Assembly: GCA_963665235.2 (NCBI GenBank)
Contig: CAXXLX010000001.1
Coordinates: 4,000,001-4,064,000 of the forward strand
Direction: 5' to 3'
DNA: 64,000 nucleotides
Origin: Candidatus Poribacteria bacterium
GTDB lineage: Bacteria > Poribacteria > WGA-4E > WGA-3G
Below the pieces are notes generated by a model that saw nothing but the letters and a program-made list of their open reading frames with translations, was not told the DNA's origin and did no database searches. This document shows positions 38,108 through 49,670 of this stretch, piece by piece. A program made the translations under genes and the position numbers. Numbering within the stretch: the first letter of the stretch is position 1; every line of letters begins with the position of its first letter.

Positions 38108-40084
38108 TTAAACCGTATCCATCGATTCCGACTCCGATGTTTCTGTCTCCGTACCGACATTTATGAGATAGTTTCTAATATCGGCTCGGTCGCTTTTCTC
38201 ATTATCGGCAATGAAGGTTCGGTTAGGTTGATATGTTGGTACCAGTTCCTGAAATTTGGCGATAATTCCTTCTATGTCAAGTGCTTCAGCAAGTTGGGTG
38301 AGCTCCTCAATTTGGTGGAGGAGTTGTTGCTCCTCAATATCCTCCAATTGTGCAACAAAGATACGTTGATGCTTAGTTGCCGTCACACCCTCCTGCGGGG
38401 TGAGAAGTTCCTCATAAAGTTTTTCGCCCGGGTCCAGGCCGGTGAATTCGATTTTTATATCCTTATCGAGTTCAAGTCCGGAGAGTCGGATGAGGTCGCG
38501 AGCGAGGTCAAGAATTTTAATCGGGTCACCCATATCTAACATCAAAATCTCCCCGCCTTTTCCCATCGCTCCCGCCTGAATTAGGAGTTGGACAGCCTCA
38601 GGAATAGTCATGAAATAACGTGTCGCTTCCCGATGTGTGACCGTGACAGGGCCGCCTTTGGCAATCTGACGTTTGAAGTTAGGCAAAACACTGGCTCGGC
38701 TGCCGATAACATTGCCAAACCGCACTGCGATAAATTTCGTGCCGTTTCGGCTGGCTTTACACTGGATAAGTTTCTCGGTGACGCGCTTAGATGCCCCATA
38801 GACACTTGTTGGGTTAACAGATTTGTCAGACGATACGAGAATAAATGCCTCCACCTGGTTCGTGATAGCAGCATCAATCAAATTTTGCGTACCGAGTATG
38901 TTATTTTTGACAGCTTCATCCGGGTGAATTTCCATGAATTTGACATGTTTGTGTGCAGCAGCATGAAAAATAATATGTGGACAATACCGTCTGGTAATCT
39001 GAAATACTTTGGATTGGTCCCGGATGTCCCCGATAATCAGTTCTCGATTGAGATTCGGATCAGATTCTCGCAATTCCATATCTATATGGTACAAACTATT
39101 TTCACCCCGGCCGAAGAGGATGAGCAGTTCAGGATTCAGTTTTGCCACCTGCCGACAGAGTTCTGCCCCGATTGAGCCGCCTGCCCCGGTTACCATAACC
39201 CGTTTTCCGGAGAGATATTTGGAAATTTCTGCTAAATCAATTGGTGCCGTGGGACGATTGAGCAGGTCTTCCAACTTCACTTCTCGGATATTGTTGATAC
39301 TGACGCGTCCTTCAAGGATAGCATGGACGTTGGTTACGATTTTGAATTGGCATCGTAGATATTCACACTGCTGGGTAATATCGCGAATTTTGCCGCCCGG
39401 TGCGGAGGGCATAGCGATGACCACCTCCTCAATCTCCCGTTTTCGGGCGATGTAGGTTAGGTCTCGCGTTGTGCCGAGTACTTCAAGTCCAGCAACACTT
39501 CTACCGACCTTCTGTGAATCATCATCTATAAACCCTATAGGTAAATATCCTTTTTCGGGGTGATTTCGTAATTCTCGTAGCACCGCAATGCCAGCGTCCC
39601 CTGCCCCGACGATGAGAACTTTGGTCCGGGGGGCCGCGACCTCCTTGCGTCGTCCTTCCTGAAAAATACTATAGGAGAATTTAGCGCAACCGATTAATAT
39701 TAGATTATAGAAGCCATCAATTAAGAAGAATGACCACGCATCAAAACCTTTCAGGCAGGCCGCCAGACCGATGAGAACTAAGGTCCCCACACCGATAGCC
39801 GCAGCTAAGGAGCGGAATTCGTGAACTGCAGCGTATCGCCAAAGCGGCTTGTCCAGCCGAAATCCTACGAAGGTGCCGGTACGCACGAGGGTTACAACCG
39901 CAGCGATGCCCAAAAAAAGTTGATACGGCGATGCCTGCGAAAGCATTGCTAACCTTTGTTGAGGAAGTGTCAGCACGTCATAACCGAGCTGCTTGCAAGT
40001 GTAGTAAGTTAGCAGAAAGGCTACATTTACGAGAAATACGTCAACTACAATCGATGAACTCCATTTTAACTGAGATTGTTCCAT
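38108..40084 (-). CDS. Nucleoside-diphosphate sugar 4,6-dehydratase (CapD/PglF-like)
   Basis: N-terminal TMs, VGAGDAG, VTGAGGSIGAEL, HAAAHKHV, YGASK, RFGNV. Confidence 0.93.
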   Translation of the reverse strand: MEQSQLKWSSSIVVDVFLVNVAFLLTYYTCKQLGYDVLTLPQQRLAMLSQASPYQLFLGIAAVVTLVRTGTFVGFRLDKPLWRYAAVHEFRSLAAAIGVGTLVLIGLAACLKGFDAWSFFLIDGFYNLILIGCAKFSYSIFQEGRRKEVAAPRTKVLIVGAGDAGIAVLRELRNHPEKGYLPIGFIDDDSQKVGRSVAGLEVLGTTRDLTYIARKREIEEVVIAMPSAPGGKIRDITQQCEYLRCQFKIVTNVHAILEGRVSINNIREVKLEDLLNRPTAPIDLAEISKYLSGKRVMVTGAGGSIGAELCRQVAKLNPELLILFGRGENSLYHIDMELRESDPNLNRELIIGDIRDQSKVFQITRRYCPHIIFHAAAHKHVKFMEIHPDEAVKNNILGTQNLIDAAITNQVEAFILVSSDKSVNPTSVYGASKRVTEKLIQCKASRNGTKFIAVRFGNVIGSRASVLPNFKRQIAKGGPVTVTHREATRYFMTIPEAVQLLIQAGAMGKGGEILMLDMGDPIKILDLARDLIRLSGLELDKDIKIEFTGLDPGEKLYEELLTPQEGVTATKHQRIFVAQLEDIEEQQLLHQIEELTQLAEALDIEGIIAKFQELVPTYQPNRTFIADNEKSDRADIRNYLINVGTETETSESESMDTV

Positions 40085-40119
40085 AATACCTCCTATTTGT
40101 GCTCGTCTAAAAATTGGAT

Positions 40120-41388
40120 TTACGCAGAAGATGCCGGTTCGGGTTTACGACTTCCAATTTTGGCGTAGACCTGCTCAAGCCGTTCAACAAGCACCGGCCA
40201 ATCGTAACTCAATTCAACCCGTTTTCTCCCGGCCTGGACAAAGGTCTGGCGAATATCGGGGTTGTCAATCAGTTGAACGACATTTTCAGCGAAGTCTTCA
40301 GGCGTGTCAGCGACGAGCAGCTCGGTGCCGATTTCTGCCTCTAACCCCATGGCCCCAATAGAACTCGTCACAACCGGAATCCCCATTGCCATGGCCTCTA
40401 AGTTCTTCGTTTGTATGCCCGACCCGGCCCGCAAGGGTGCGACAAAAACAGACGCATCCTCAAAATAGGGACGGATGTCTGGCACATAACCTGTAACGAT
40501 AACGCCTTTCTGGGCCGCAAGCCGCTTCACCTGTTCTGTTGGATGATTGCCTACAATATAAAAAACCGTATCCGGATGCTTCCTCTGTATCAACGGAAGA
40601 ATGCTACGGCAAAAATAGATGACTGCATCCGAGTTCGGAAAATAGTTCATAGTCCCAGTAAACAGCAGTTTTTTCACGTTGGTGCAAGCCCCTGGGCGCA
40701 CCTCGCCATTCCTGAAATCGTCTAACCTGTTTGCATCTGCTTCGTGAGCCTGGCGCGGTTGAAAATATGTGAGGTCAACACCCATCGGCACTACCGACAA
40801 ATTCAAGCTGTTATCCTGATTGAGCAGATAGTCCCGGTCGAAGTGTGCAACAACGGTGCCGCAGTCAAACGCCTTCATAATCTCAACTTCATATTGGCGT
40901 ACTCGCTTTTCCTCTAATTTTACCAAAAAACGTTTTGGTGTGCAATCTAATTCTGCACGACGACTTAAGTTAAGGGCTAACGAGTCACACAAATCTAAAA
41001 CCTTTGCCGTTCCATCTGCCTCGATGACATATTGCCCCATCCGAAAAAGTTGTGCATGAATCAATTCAAATTGCTCCTGCTCTAGAAGCTCATTAATTTT
41101 CCGTTGCATCTGCGGCACGTACCAATAGTGCACCTGGAGTGGCAGCCCGGATAAGCAGTGGAGTGCTGTATTGAGCGCAGCATAAGGACGACGAAACCTA
41201 ACCCACTCTATCCGCTCACAAAACGGTTGAAGATGCTTAACCGCTTCAATATCCGCATCCGACTCAGCAAAGAAAACGAGCGTAACAGCGTGCCGTTCTG
41301 AAAGCTGTTTGATAAAATGATACGACCGAATCCTATCCCCTCGCTGCGGGGGATACGGACATCGTAAACTTAAAAACAAAATTCGCAT
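40120..41388 (-). CDS. Glycosyltransferase family 4
   Basis: PYPPQRGDRIR, KNLEAMAMGIPVV. Confidence 0.9.
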   Translation of the reverse strand: MRILFLSLRCPYPPQRGDRIRSYHFIKQLSERHAVTLVFFAESDADIEAVKHLQPFCERIEWVRFRRPYAALNTALHCLSGLPLQVHYWYVPQMQRKINELLEQEQFELIHAQLFRMGQYVIEADGTAKVLDLCDSLALNLSRRAELDCTPKRFLVKLEEKRVRQYEVEIMKAFDCGTVVAHFDRDYLLNQDNSLNLSVVPMGVDLTYFQPRQAHEADANRLDDFRNGEVRPGACTNVKKLLFTGTMNYFPNSDAVIYFCRSILPLIQRKHPDTVFYIVGNHPTEQVKRLAAQKGVIVTGYVPDIRPYFEDASVFVAPLRAGSGIQTKNLEAMAMGIPVVTSSIGAMGLEAEIGTELLVADTPEDFAENVVQLIDNPDIRQTFVQAGRKRVELSYDWPVLVERLEQVYAKIGSRKPEPASSA

Positions 41389-41469
41389 CTTTGATATTTC
41401 CTTGCGGTTTGATATTTTTAAGATTTCCTTGCGGTTTGATAAGGGTTAGTGGATTAGACAAGTTTTTCC

Positions 41470-41965
41470 CCATATATCCAGCCCTTCACGTTGTTCGGGC
41501 TTACGGGTGTGTTGGACACAAATTCGATAGGTTTTTTGTCAATATAGCCAGTCCGCCCACTTCCTTTAGAAACCTGTTTATCTTCAAACCTCTTGCTAAT
41601 TGCTAATTGCCAATCGCTAATCGCCAACGCGCCATATATCCAGCCCTTCACGTTGTTCGGGCTTACGGGTGTGTCAGGCACAAACACAAAGAGGTCTCTG
41701 ACGCACATCAGATATGTTCTTATACCATTTTTATTAGTTATTCTATCATTACCGGTTGTTAGAAATGAAACGGAGAACGGAAGACCCAAACTGGAAGTTT
41801 ATGCTACAATAAAGAACACAAACTGGAAGTTTATGCTACAAGAAAGAGACATTTTCAATTAGAAATGGTATTAGAATCACAAACCGCTTGCTAATTGCTA
41901 ATTGCTAATTGCTAATCGCCAACGCGCCATATATACAGCCCTTCACGTTGTTCGGGCTTACCCAA
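41470..41965. repeat. Mixed repeat cluster: three CCATATATCCAGCCCTTCACGTTGTTCGGGCTTAC units with heptamer elements
   Basis: Copies near 41470, 41632 and 41927. Confidence 0.8.
41723..41870. mobile_element. MITE family B with 2 REP units
   Basis: TACCATTT / AAATGGTA; TTA TSD; empty allele at about 7120. Confidence 0.92.
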
Positions 41966-41976
41966 ACGCTTGCTGC

Positions 41977-42186
41977 CTATTCCTCCGCTGGCTGCTGACT
42001 ACCGATTTCCGCTTCATCAATTAGCATAACAGGAATACCATCGCGAATCGGATAACGACGTTTACATTTCCCGATACATACCAATTTTTGGTCCGCTTCA
42101 CTGTGCACTATCTCACTTTTGCATGCTGGACATGCAAGGATGTCAAGCAAGGTTTGCGAGAGGGTGTAAGGTTTTTCTGAGTTCAA
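41977..42186 (-). CDS. Trm112-like (UPF0434/YcaR) protein
   Basis: LLDILACPACK...YPIRDGIPVMLIDEA; TTG start after AGGAG. Confidence 0.88.
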   Translation of the reverse strand: MNSEKPYTLSQTLLDILACPACKSEIVHSEADQKLVCIGKCKRRYPIRDGIPVMLIDEAEIGSQQPAEE

Positions 42187-42202
42187 GGCGATTCTCCTAA
42201 AA

Positions 42203-44929
42203 TTATCGGCCGTGGCATTTCTTATATTTTTTTCCACTACCGCAGGGACATGGTGCATTTCGTCCGACTTTTGGCATAGTCCCCATTGCCTGTTGCGATT
42301 CAAATTCAGCCGTGTTTTGTGCATTCTCCGGGGCGGTCCGCCGTGGGCTCGGTGCGCGTCCCCGTCCGGGTCGGCTCGGCCGTTTATTGGGAGCGCGGCG
42401 CGGGGCTTCGGTATTGACGTAAGTTTTAAAGATTAATTCGCTGACCTCTCTCTCGATATTTTGATACATAGATTCAAAAACACCGAGGGCTTCACTCTTG
42501 AAGACCACAATCGGATCTTTTCCGCCATAACCCGCGCCAAATCGGATACCTTCTTCTATATAGTCGATGTTGTATAGATGGTCCTTCCAGTGATTGTCAA
42601 TTCTATCGAGAAGCAGAAGCCGTTCAAGGATGCGCATATTCTCCTCGCCTATTTCAGCCTCACGTTGTTCATAAGCCGTTTTGAGTTCAGCCATGATTTC
42701 CGCGTGAAGTTCATCGGAGTCTATCTCGCTTAAAGGGGTCTTCCAAGTTGGATTAATAGGGAAGGTGGTAGTCAACCATTTCGTGAATTGGTCGATATCC
42801 TCGGTTTCGCGCGCGCCCTTTTCTGGGGTGATGTTATCAATTTCATCGCCGACGACGTTTTCCATCATTTGCCAAATTGTGTCTTTGAGCTCCTCCCCGC
42901 TGAGGATAGTATCCCGCAACGTATAGATAGTATCCCGTTGTGCTTCCATTACATCGTCGTATTTAAGGATATTCTTTCGAGCTTCAAAGTTTATCTGTTC
43001 AACCCGCGTTTGTGCTTTCTCAATAGATTTGGTAATCCATGCATGTTCTATCGGGATATCTTCCTCAGCTTTGGCGATATTTTTTGCAAGATTCATAAAT
43101 CCCTGCAACCGTTCGGAGCCAAATTTTTTCATCAGCTCGTCTTCAAGTGAAAGATAGAATCGCGATGAGCCGGGGTCGCCTTGTCTACCGGAGCGGCCGC
43201 GCAATTGGTTATCAATTCGGCGTGAATCGTGTCGCTCCGTTCCGACGATATGCAGTCCGCCTGCTGCCAGCACCTTTTCCCTGTTTTGTTCACACATACG
43301 GGTCGCTTCTGCAAGCGCAAGTTCCCACTCCCTTGATTCTGGCGGAAGTGTTGTGAGGTTAATCTTCTTTTTTCGCAGAGCATCCCTTGCAAAACCCTCC
43401 GGATTTCCACCGAGCAGGATATCTACTCCTCTACCTGCCATGTTCGTAGCAATTGTTACCGCCCCGGGGACCCCAGCTTGTGCAACAATATCGGCCTCGC
43501 GCGCGTGCTCTTTCGCATTCAGGACCTTGTGTCGGATGTGCCGGTACCTGGTTCTGAGCAGTTTACTTAATTTCTCTGAATTTTCAATAGAAATTGTACC
43601 GACAAGCACCGGGCGGCCCTTTTCGTGTTGTTCAGCGATATCTTCCAACACCGAGTTATATTTCGCCTCCTCCGTTCGATAGATTACATCTGAATGGTCA
43701 ATCCGAATCATCGGTTCATTTGTCGGTACAACGATGACATCTAAGCCGTAGATATGTGCAAATTCGTTTGCCTCGGTTGCGGCTGTCCCTGTCATCCCGG
43801 CGAGTTTTTCGTACATGCGAAAATAGTTTTGGTAAGTGATTTTAGCAAAAGTTTCATTCTCCTGTGCGACCTTCACACGTTCCTTCGCCTCAATCGCTTG
43901 ATGGAGCCCTTCGCTCAACCGTCGTCCAATCTGTTTCCGTCCGGTGAATTCATCAATCAGTAAAACTTCACCCCCCTCAACGAGATAATCTATATCGCGT
44001 TTGAAAAGGTGATGTGCTTTCAATGCCTGATTGACGTGGTGCACCAGTGCCATGTTGGTATGTTCGTAAAGATTCTCTAGACCGAGAAGACGTTCAACCT
44101 CTTCAACCCCCTCATCGGTGAGGGTGACATCCCCCCGAGACTTGCCTTTCTGGTCAATTTGAAAGTGCTCTTCCTTGCGGAGCTGCGAAACGACGTAGTT
44201 AACTCTTCGATAGAGTTCAGCCGGTTCATCAGACGGATCGGAAATAATAAGCGGTGTACGTGCCTCATCAATGAGGATACTGTCCACCTCATCAAGGATA
44301 GCGTAAACATGCCCACGTTGCAGCTTTGTCTCAATAGAAATTGCTTTGTTATCGGCCAGGTAATTGAAACCGAATTCGCTGTGAACCCCGTAAGTAATAT
44401 CAGCTTTATACGCAAGTTTTTTCTGTTCGAACGGCATCTGGTTCAGCGTTAATCCGACAGAGAGGCCGAGGAAGTTGTAAATTTTTCCCATCCATTCAGC
44501 GTCTCGACTTGCAAGATAATCGTTGACAGTTGCGAGGTGTACCCCTTTTCCGGTCAGTGCGTTAAGATAAATTGCGAGGGTAGATGTTAACGTTTTACCT
44601 TCACCTGTTCGCATTTCAGCGATACATCCCTGGTGAAGAGCTGCCCCGCCGATTATTTGAACATCATAGTGTCGCTGTTTTAACGTTCGTACTGCCGTTT
44701 CCCGAACGACAGCGAACGCCTCAGGGAGCAGGTCATCAAGAGATGCCCCCGCCTCCAACTGCCTGCGAAACTGTGGCGTTTTCGCTTGGAGCTGTGCATC
44801 CGAAAGTCTTTGCATATCCGGTTCACGTTGGTTAACTGCCTCAACGATTTCTCGGAAACGTTTGACATCCCGGTCCTCCTTGTTCCCGAAAACTTTGGTC
44901 ATTACATTTTCAAACATATTTTTATTCAT
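42203..44929 (-). CDS. secA: Preprotein translocase ATPase SecA
   Basis: [52 protein letters not shown]. Confidence 0.98.
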   Translation of the reverse strand: MNKNMFENVMTKVFGNKEDRDVKRFREIVEAVNQREPDMQRLSDAQLQAKTPQFRRQLEAGASLDDLLPEAFAVVRETAVRTLKQRHYDVQIIGGAALHQGCIAEMRTGEGKTLTSTLAIYLNALTGKGVHLATVNDYLASRDAEWMGKIYNFLGLSVGLTLNQMPFEQKKLAYKADITYGVHSEFGFNYLADNKAISIETKLQRGHVYAILDEVDSILIDEARTPLIISDPSDEPAELYRRVNYVVSQLRKEEHFQIDQKGKSRGDVTLTDEGVEEVERLLGLENLYEHTNMALVHHVNQALKAHHLFKRDIDYLVEGGEVLLIDEFTGRKQIGRRLSEGLHQAIEAKERVKVAQENETFAKITYQNYFRMYEKLAGMTGTAATEANEFAHIYGLDVIVVPTNEPMIRIDHSDVIYRTEEAKYNSVLEDIAEQHEKGRPVLVGTISIENSEKLSKLLRTRYRHIRHKVLNAKEHAREADIVAQAGVPGAVTIATNMAGRGVDILLGGNPEGFARDALRKKKINLTTLPPESREWELALAEATRMCEQNREKVLAAGGLHIVGTERHDSRRIDNQLRGRSGRQGDPGSSRFYLSLEDELMKKFGSERLQGFMNLAKNIAKAEEDIPIEHAWITKSIEKAQTRVEQINFEARKNILKYDDVMEAQRDTIYTLRDTILSGEELKDTIWQMMENVVGDEIDNITPEKGARETEDIDQFTKWLTTTFPINPTWKTPLSEIDSDELHAEIMAELKTAYEQREAEIGEENMRILERLLLLDRIDNHWKDHLYNIDYIEEGIRFGAGYGGKDPIVVFKSEALGVFESMYQNIEREVSELIFKTYVNTEAPRRAPNKRPSRPGRGRAPSPRRTAPENAQNTAEFESQQAMGTMPKVGRNAPCPCGSGKKYKKCHGR

Positions 44930-46046
44930 CTCCTATGGGCAGCGGCGGGGGCCCCATTGTTTCAACTACCCCAATGGGTACTAACAAGTTTTGGCCATCA
45001 GTCCGTTTCCGTACTACCGTATAAATCAACGTGCTTCCAACAGAAGCAAGCGAAAACAGGTAAGCAACGACAATGCCAGCAATACATATTAACGTGATCG
45101 TTATAAAAACCCCTAAAAATGCGGATACACCCATCACGGAGGAGGGCTGAGATGTATTCATATCAAGGAGCGTAAAGTTATTCATAAGTTCTTGAAGTGC
45201 ATTGCCGAGCCACCGGTTTGCGTAACCTAAGGCATTCTGTATCTCTACTGTATGGAGATAACGCATCGGCAGCATCGCCAGCAAAAACCCCCCAAGACAG
45301 AAGGCAGCCCAAATTGGTACCAAGACGAGTTTTAAAACAAACAGCAGCGTGCCATAACCTATTAGTCGCCACGGTTCGTGCCAAACGATGGAAAAATGTT
45401 GATATACGGTTTCAAATATATCTGCACCGGTCGTAGCAACGACAGCCGGTACACAAAACAAACTTGTCATAAAAACGACAGCTATTAAGACAACGAGTAC
45501 GCCCAATAAAAAAGCAACGGGTGTAAAAATCGACGCGAACATGAGAATGGCCTTGCCGATGCCCGGAATTTTACCAAGTCCAGCAACACCTAGCGGTATC
45601 AACGCGAGAAACAGCATGATGAAAAGTAATCCGATAAACGCACCGAAAACCGTTTTCCAATGCTGCTTCGCGAAGCTTAAAGCACTCCTTACAGAAAAAA
45701 AGGCATCGCCCCGGAGCTGTTCAACAGTAATTTTTGAAGTCATCGTACTCGCCAAGAAAAAAATGGCCGCGAAAACCGCCACACCTATCCACATCATGAC
45801 AGTTGTAAACGTTCCAAATTCCGCACCGACAAATGGCGGAACAGGCAAAAGACCATATTTATCCCAAAATGTCTGGACCTCGACCCTCCCCCCGATGAAA
45901 AGACTGAGATAGAGCAGAATCTCATAAATCAGGTAGGCGAGTAGCACCCCCACGAAATGAATACCTATCCGCCGCCCACTGAAACCGTATCGACTAACTC
46001 GGAAAATATCCCTGAAGTTGAAATGGAGCTGTTCTATGTTCTGCAT
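44922..46046 (-). CDS. Hypothetical multi-pass membrane protein
   Basis: 374-aa hydrophobic ORF overlapping the secA start. Confidence 0.75.
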   Translation of the reverse strand: MQNIEQLHFNFRDIFRVSRYGFSGRRIGIHFVGVLLAYLIYEILLYLSLFIGGRVEVQTFWDKYGLLPVPPFVGAEFGTFTTVMMWIGVAVFAAIFFLASTMTSKITVEQLRGDAFFSVRSALSFAKQHWKTVFGAFIGLLFIMLFLALIPLGVAGLGKIPGIGKAILMFASIFTPVAFLLGVLVVLIAVVFMTSLFCVPAVVATTGADIFETVYQHFSIVWHEPWRLIGYGTLLFVLKLVLVPIWAAFCLGGFLLAMLPMRYLHTVEIQNALGYANRWLGNALQELMNNFTLLDMNTSQPSSVMGVSAFLGVFITITLICIAGIVVAYLFSLASVGSTLIYTVVRKRTDGQNLLVPIGVVETMGPPPLPIGDE

Positions 46047-46243
46047 CTGATTCTTTGATCCGCTTCGGACAAGTTGACGTTTATCTCTCTATTTCAGAAA
46101 ACTTAAACTCTATGATAACCTGATGAACTTATATTTTATTATGATACCACAATTTCCACTTTTCTGTCAAATATTTTAAATACGCGAAAAACAGGGCCAT
46201 TTAGTTTTACAAATTTACTTTACAGATGTGGATATATTCCTCT

Positions 46244-46352
46244 GTAGGAGCGTGCTTCGCACGCGATACATTATATCACGGACTTTCACGGAAAAATCCC
46301 AGTATTTGGGAAACCAGCGCGCCTTCCTATCGCGAGCACAGCTCGCTCCTAC
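46244..46352. repeat. Inverted pair of GTAG REPs (REPIN-like)
   Basis: GTAGGAGCGTGCTTCGCACGCGATA ... TATCGCGAGCACAGCTCGCTCCTAC. Confidence 0.8.
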
Positions 46353-46424
46353 ATAAGAGGGATGTTGAAAAAACGACCAAAAATATCGAGAACTAAATCA
46401 CCCTGACGCGAAAAAAGAAAAAAG

Positions 46425-46453
46425 TTGACAGTCGTAGAAATTTAAGGTATACT
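46425..46453 (+). promoter_or_regulatory. sigma70 promoter
   Basis: TTGACA-17 nt-TATACT. Confidence 0.75.
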
Positions 46454-46500
46454 GCCAAAGTTAACAATCCGATTTTCAAACAGCAACAGGGAGATATAGT

Positions 46501-46947
46501 ATGGACAACTTTGAACCCACTAATATAGATGAACTTGACGAAGTCTTAGCGCATTTCAATAGTTTTCATGACGACTACGTTGCCGGGATTGAAATTAAAT
46601 TTGAGAATTACAAGGCACTAGATGACGATGGCGAGTCTACGGGAATCGGAAGTGCTGATAAGACAATTATTCTCACTGTCAACACCTATCCTTATGGAAA
46701 AGACCATAACCAGCTCGTCCAAGTTGAGTTTCAAGATGTTAAATCATTTGAAATCAAATCACCGCAGGAAGACCCCGTGCCAGCATGGGGAAACCCCGGG
46801 CCAACATGGGGAACTTTAGACACATACACAAGCCTCGGGCCCGGCGAAAGTGGTATCAGATGGGAATTTATGTTTATATGTGGCGACACAGAGTTTATAG
46901 TCGTTTGCGACAAAATTGTTTTTCGCAAGCAAAATCAGAATTCCTAA
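46501..46947 (+). CDS. Acidic hypothetical protein (possible immunity protein)
   Basis: Own promoter and GGGAG RBS; SFHD motif. Confidence 0.7.
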   Translation: MDNFEPTNIDELDEVLAHFNSFHDDYVAGIEIKFENYKALDDDGESTGIGSADKTIILTVNTYPYGKDHNQLVQVEFQDVKSFEIKSPQEDPVPAWGNPGPTWGTLDTYTSLGPGESGIRWEFMFICGDTEFIVVCDKIVFRKQNQNS

Positions 46948-47020
46948 AGAGGACCGGGGTCGTGTTGACTGTCCGCAGTAATGCTTTTCGCCCCCCCGAT
47001 GTCAACTCAAAAAAAATCTG

Positions 47021-47049
47021 TTGACAGCATTTCTGATTCAGTGTATGAT
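47021..47049 (+). promoter_or_regulatory. sigma70 promoter of the gnd operon
   Basis: TTGACA-17 nt-TATGAT. Confidence 0.75.
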
Positions 47050-47085
47050 ATGCAAAACAAATTCTAGCTCAGGAGGAAAACAAAT

Positions 47086-48549
47086 TTGGCAGCAGATATT
47101 GGACTCATCGGATTAGCAGTGATGGGTGAAAACCTTGCCCTAAACATGGAAAGCAAAGGATTTGAGGTTGCAGTCTTCAATCGGACCGTCTCACGGGTAG
47201 ACGCTTTCATGGCAGGTGCCGCAAACGGAAAAAATATCACCGGCACCCACACCATTGTTGAACTCGTTGAAAAACTTAAAACACCCCGCAAAATTATTTT
47301 GATGGTAAAGGCAGGCGAGCCTGTTGATGCCTTCATCGCGCAATTAACCCCGCACCTCGCAAAAGGCGACCTCATTATTGATGGCGGAAACTCCAATTTC
47401 AACGACACAATTCGTCGCCATGCGGAGCTATCTGAACAGGATATTCTATTTATCGGTACAGGAATTTCGGGCGGAGAGGAAGGCGCGCTGAAAGGGCCAG
47501 CCATGATGCCCGGCGGGTCGCCAGAAGCCTATACCCTCGTTGAACCCATCTTCACTAAAATCGCAGCGCAGGTAGATGGCACCCCCTGCTGCTCCTATAT
47601 CGGACCGAACGGAGCAGGACATTACGTCAAAATGGTGCATAACGGTATTGAGTACGGCGATATGCAACTGATTTGCGAAGCCTACACTGTAATGAAAGAC
47701 GTGTTAGGAATGAACGCAGACGAGATGCACGAGGTTTTCAGCGAATGGAATCGCGGTGAACTGAATTCCTATCTCATCGAAATTACGGCTGACATTTTTA
47801 CACAACGCGATGATAGCGGCACGCCCTTCGTCGATGTCGTTCTCGACCAGGCGGGACAAAAGGGAACAGGCAAATGGACAAGCATGTCGGCACTGGACCT
47901 CGGCATAGCTGCACCCACTATCGCAGAGGCGGTTTTTGCACGCTGTATCTCTGCTATCAAGAGCGAACGTGTCAAAGCATCGGAAGTAATTAGCGGCCCG
48001 GTCGGTACATTCGAAGGCGACCGAGAGCGTGCCTTAAAAGCTATCCACGATGCGCTTTACGCTGCAAAGATTTGCTCGTATGCCCAGGGCTTTGCCTTGA
48101 TGCGCGAGGCAAGCATAGAATATGACTGGAATCTTGCACTTGGGAACATCGCCCTGGGCTGGCGTGGTGGGTGTATCATTCGGGCAAAATTCTTGCATCG
48201 GATAGCGGAGGCGTTCGAGCGAAATCCTGACCTGCCGAACCTGCTGCTTGACTCCTATTTCCGCGGTATAATAGAAGCAGCACAACCCCACTGGCGAAAT
48301 ATCGTTGGCACAGCAACACAGCTCGGTGTGCCGATACCCGCGTTCAGCTCAGCATTAGCCTATTTTGATAGTTATCGCAGCGGTAGACTTTCCGCGAATC
48401 TTATCCAAGCGATGCGCGACTATTTCGGCGCACATACCTATCATAAATTGGACGCAGCCGGAAACACGATTGTCGGGGAAGACGGTGAGCCGACAGTGTT
48501 CCATACCGAGTGGATGCTGGAGAACCGTCCAGAGGTTATCGTCGAATAA
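47086..48549 (+). CDS. gnd: 6-phosphogluconate dehydrogenase, NADP-dependent
   Basis: GLAVMG, KMVHNGIEY, QKGTGKW, RDYFGAHTY. Confidence 0.97.
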   Translation: MAADIGLIGLAVMGENLALNMESKGFEVAVFNRTVSRVDAFMAGAANGKNITGTHTIVELVEKLKTPRKIILMVKAGEPVDAFIAQLTPHLAKGDLIIDGGNSNFNDTIRRHAELSEQDILFIGTGISGGEEGALKGPAMMPGGSPEAYTLVEPIFTKIAAQVDGTPCCSYIGPNGAGHYVKMVHNGIEYGDMQLICEAYTVMKDVLGMNADEMHEVFSEWNRGELNSYLIEITADIFTQRDDSGTPFVDVVLDQAGQKGTGKWTSMSALDLGIAAPTIAEAVFARCISAIKSERVKASEVISGPVGTFEGDRERALKAIHDALYAAKICSYAQGFALMREASIEYDWNLALGNIALGWRGGCIIRAKFLHRIAEAFERNPDLPNLLLDSYFRGIIEAAQPHWRNIVGTATQLGVPIPAFSSALAYFDSYRSGRLSANLIQAMRDYFGAHTYHKLDAAGNTIVGEDGEPTVFHTEWMLENRPEVIVE

Positions 48550-48601
48550 GGGAGCAAGCACACGACACCGGACCATCGTCAAAGGCATTTAAGGAGAATA
48601 C

Positions 48602-49496
48602 ATGACTCACGGACCACAACAACCCCTATACGATTTTGAACCGCAACACGATTTCTTTGTCGGAATTGATTCAGATGGTTGCGTTTTCAACAGCATGGAG
48701 GTCAAACATAACGACTGTTTCAGCGTGAACGTCGTCAAGCATTTTGGATTAGCCTCCATTTCACGGCAGGTACATCAGGCGTGGGATTTCGTCAACCTCT
48801 ACTCCACGATGCGTGGCACTAATCGATTTAAAGCTGTCCTGCTCGTGTTTGACTATTTACGCGAGATGTCTCTCGTACAGAAGATGGGGGTAGAAGTACC
48901 ACAATTGCCGTACCTACGAGAATGGACCGAAACCGAAACGAAACTCGGCAACCCCGCCTTGCAGGAAGCAATTGATAACTCAGCAGGTGAAAGACATAGC
49001 GAACTTACCCAAGTCATGCAATGGAGCCTTGGCGTGAACGAAAGTGTTGCCGAGATTGTCTATAATCTCCCCCCGTTCCCCTGGGGTACGGGAGGCATTG
49101 CAACGGCTTCAAGGTAAGGCAGACGTTATTGTCGTCTCTGCCACCCCGGATGAGGCACTCAAACGGGAATGGGATGAACACGATATTGACCAGTACGTCG
49201 CCTTAATTGCAGGGCAGGAGATGGGCACGAAAACGGAACATCTCACCATTACGACGCAAGACAAATACCCTGAAAACCATGTCTTAATGATTGGCGATTC
49301 ACCGGGGGACTTAAAGGCAGCACAGAGTGTAGGGGCCCTGTTTTTTCCTGTCAACCCCGGGGCTGAAGATATATCTTGGGCACTTTTCCTCAGCGAAGCG
49401 ATGGATAAATTCTTCAACAAAACGTACGCGGGCGGTTACGAAGACGAATTGCTCGGCAAATTTCAGGAATTGCTACCGGAAACACCGCCGTGGTAA
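48602..49496 (+). pseudogene. HAD-family hydrolase split by a +1 frameshift (possibly an assembly error)
   Basis: IDSDGC in ORF1; VVSAT and MIGDSPGD in ORF2; removing one C at 49078-49081 gives PPFPGVRE. Confidence 0.8.
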
Positions 49497-49630
49497 GACA
49501 AAAATCGTGACGGGAGCTCGCTCCTACAGAAACGCCGCCGTGGTAAGACAAAAATCGCGAGCAGGAGCTCGCTCCTACAGAAATGCCGCCGTGGTAAGAC
49601 AAAAATCGCGACGGGAGCTCGCTCTATAGG
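49480..49630. repeat. Three tandem ~50-bp units made of the HAD gene end plus a GTAG REP
   Basis: GAAAC(A/G)CCGCCGTGGTAAGACAAAAATCG...GAGCTCGCTCCTAC. Confidence 0.85.
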
Positions 49631-49670
49631 AGCGGGAAACCGTTTGCCCGAATACTAGAAAAGGACACTC

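Noticed and set aside
49061-49090. Programmed frameshift in the HAD gene
   Set aside because: A single extra C in a homopolymer with no stimulatory signal seen; more likely an error or mutation.
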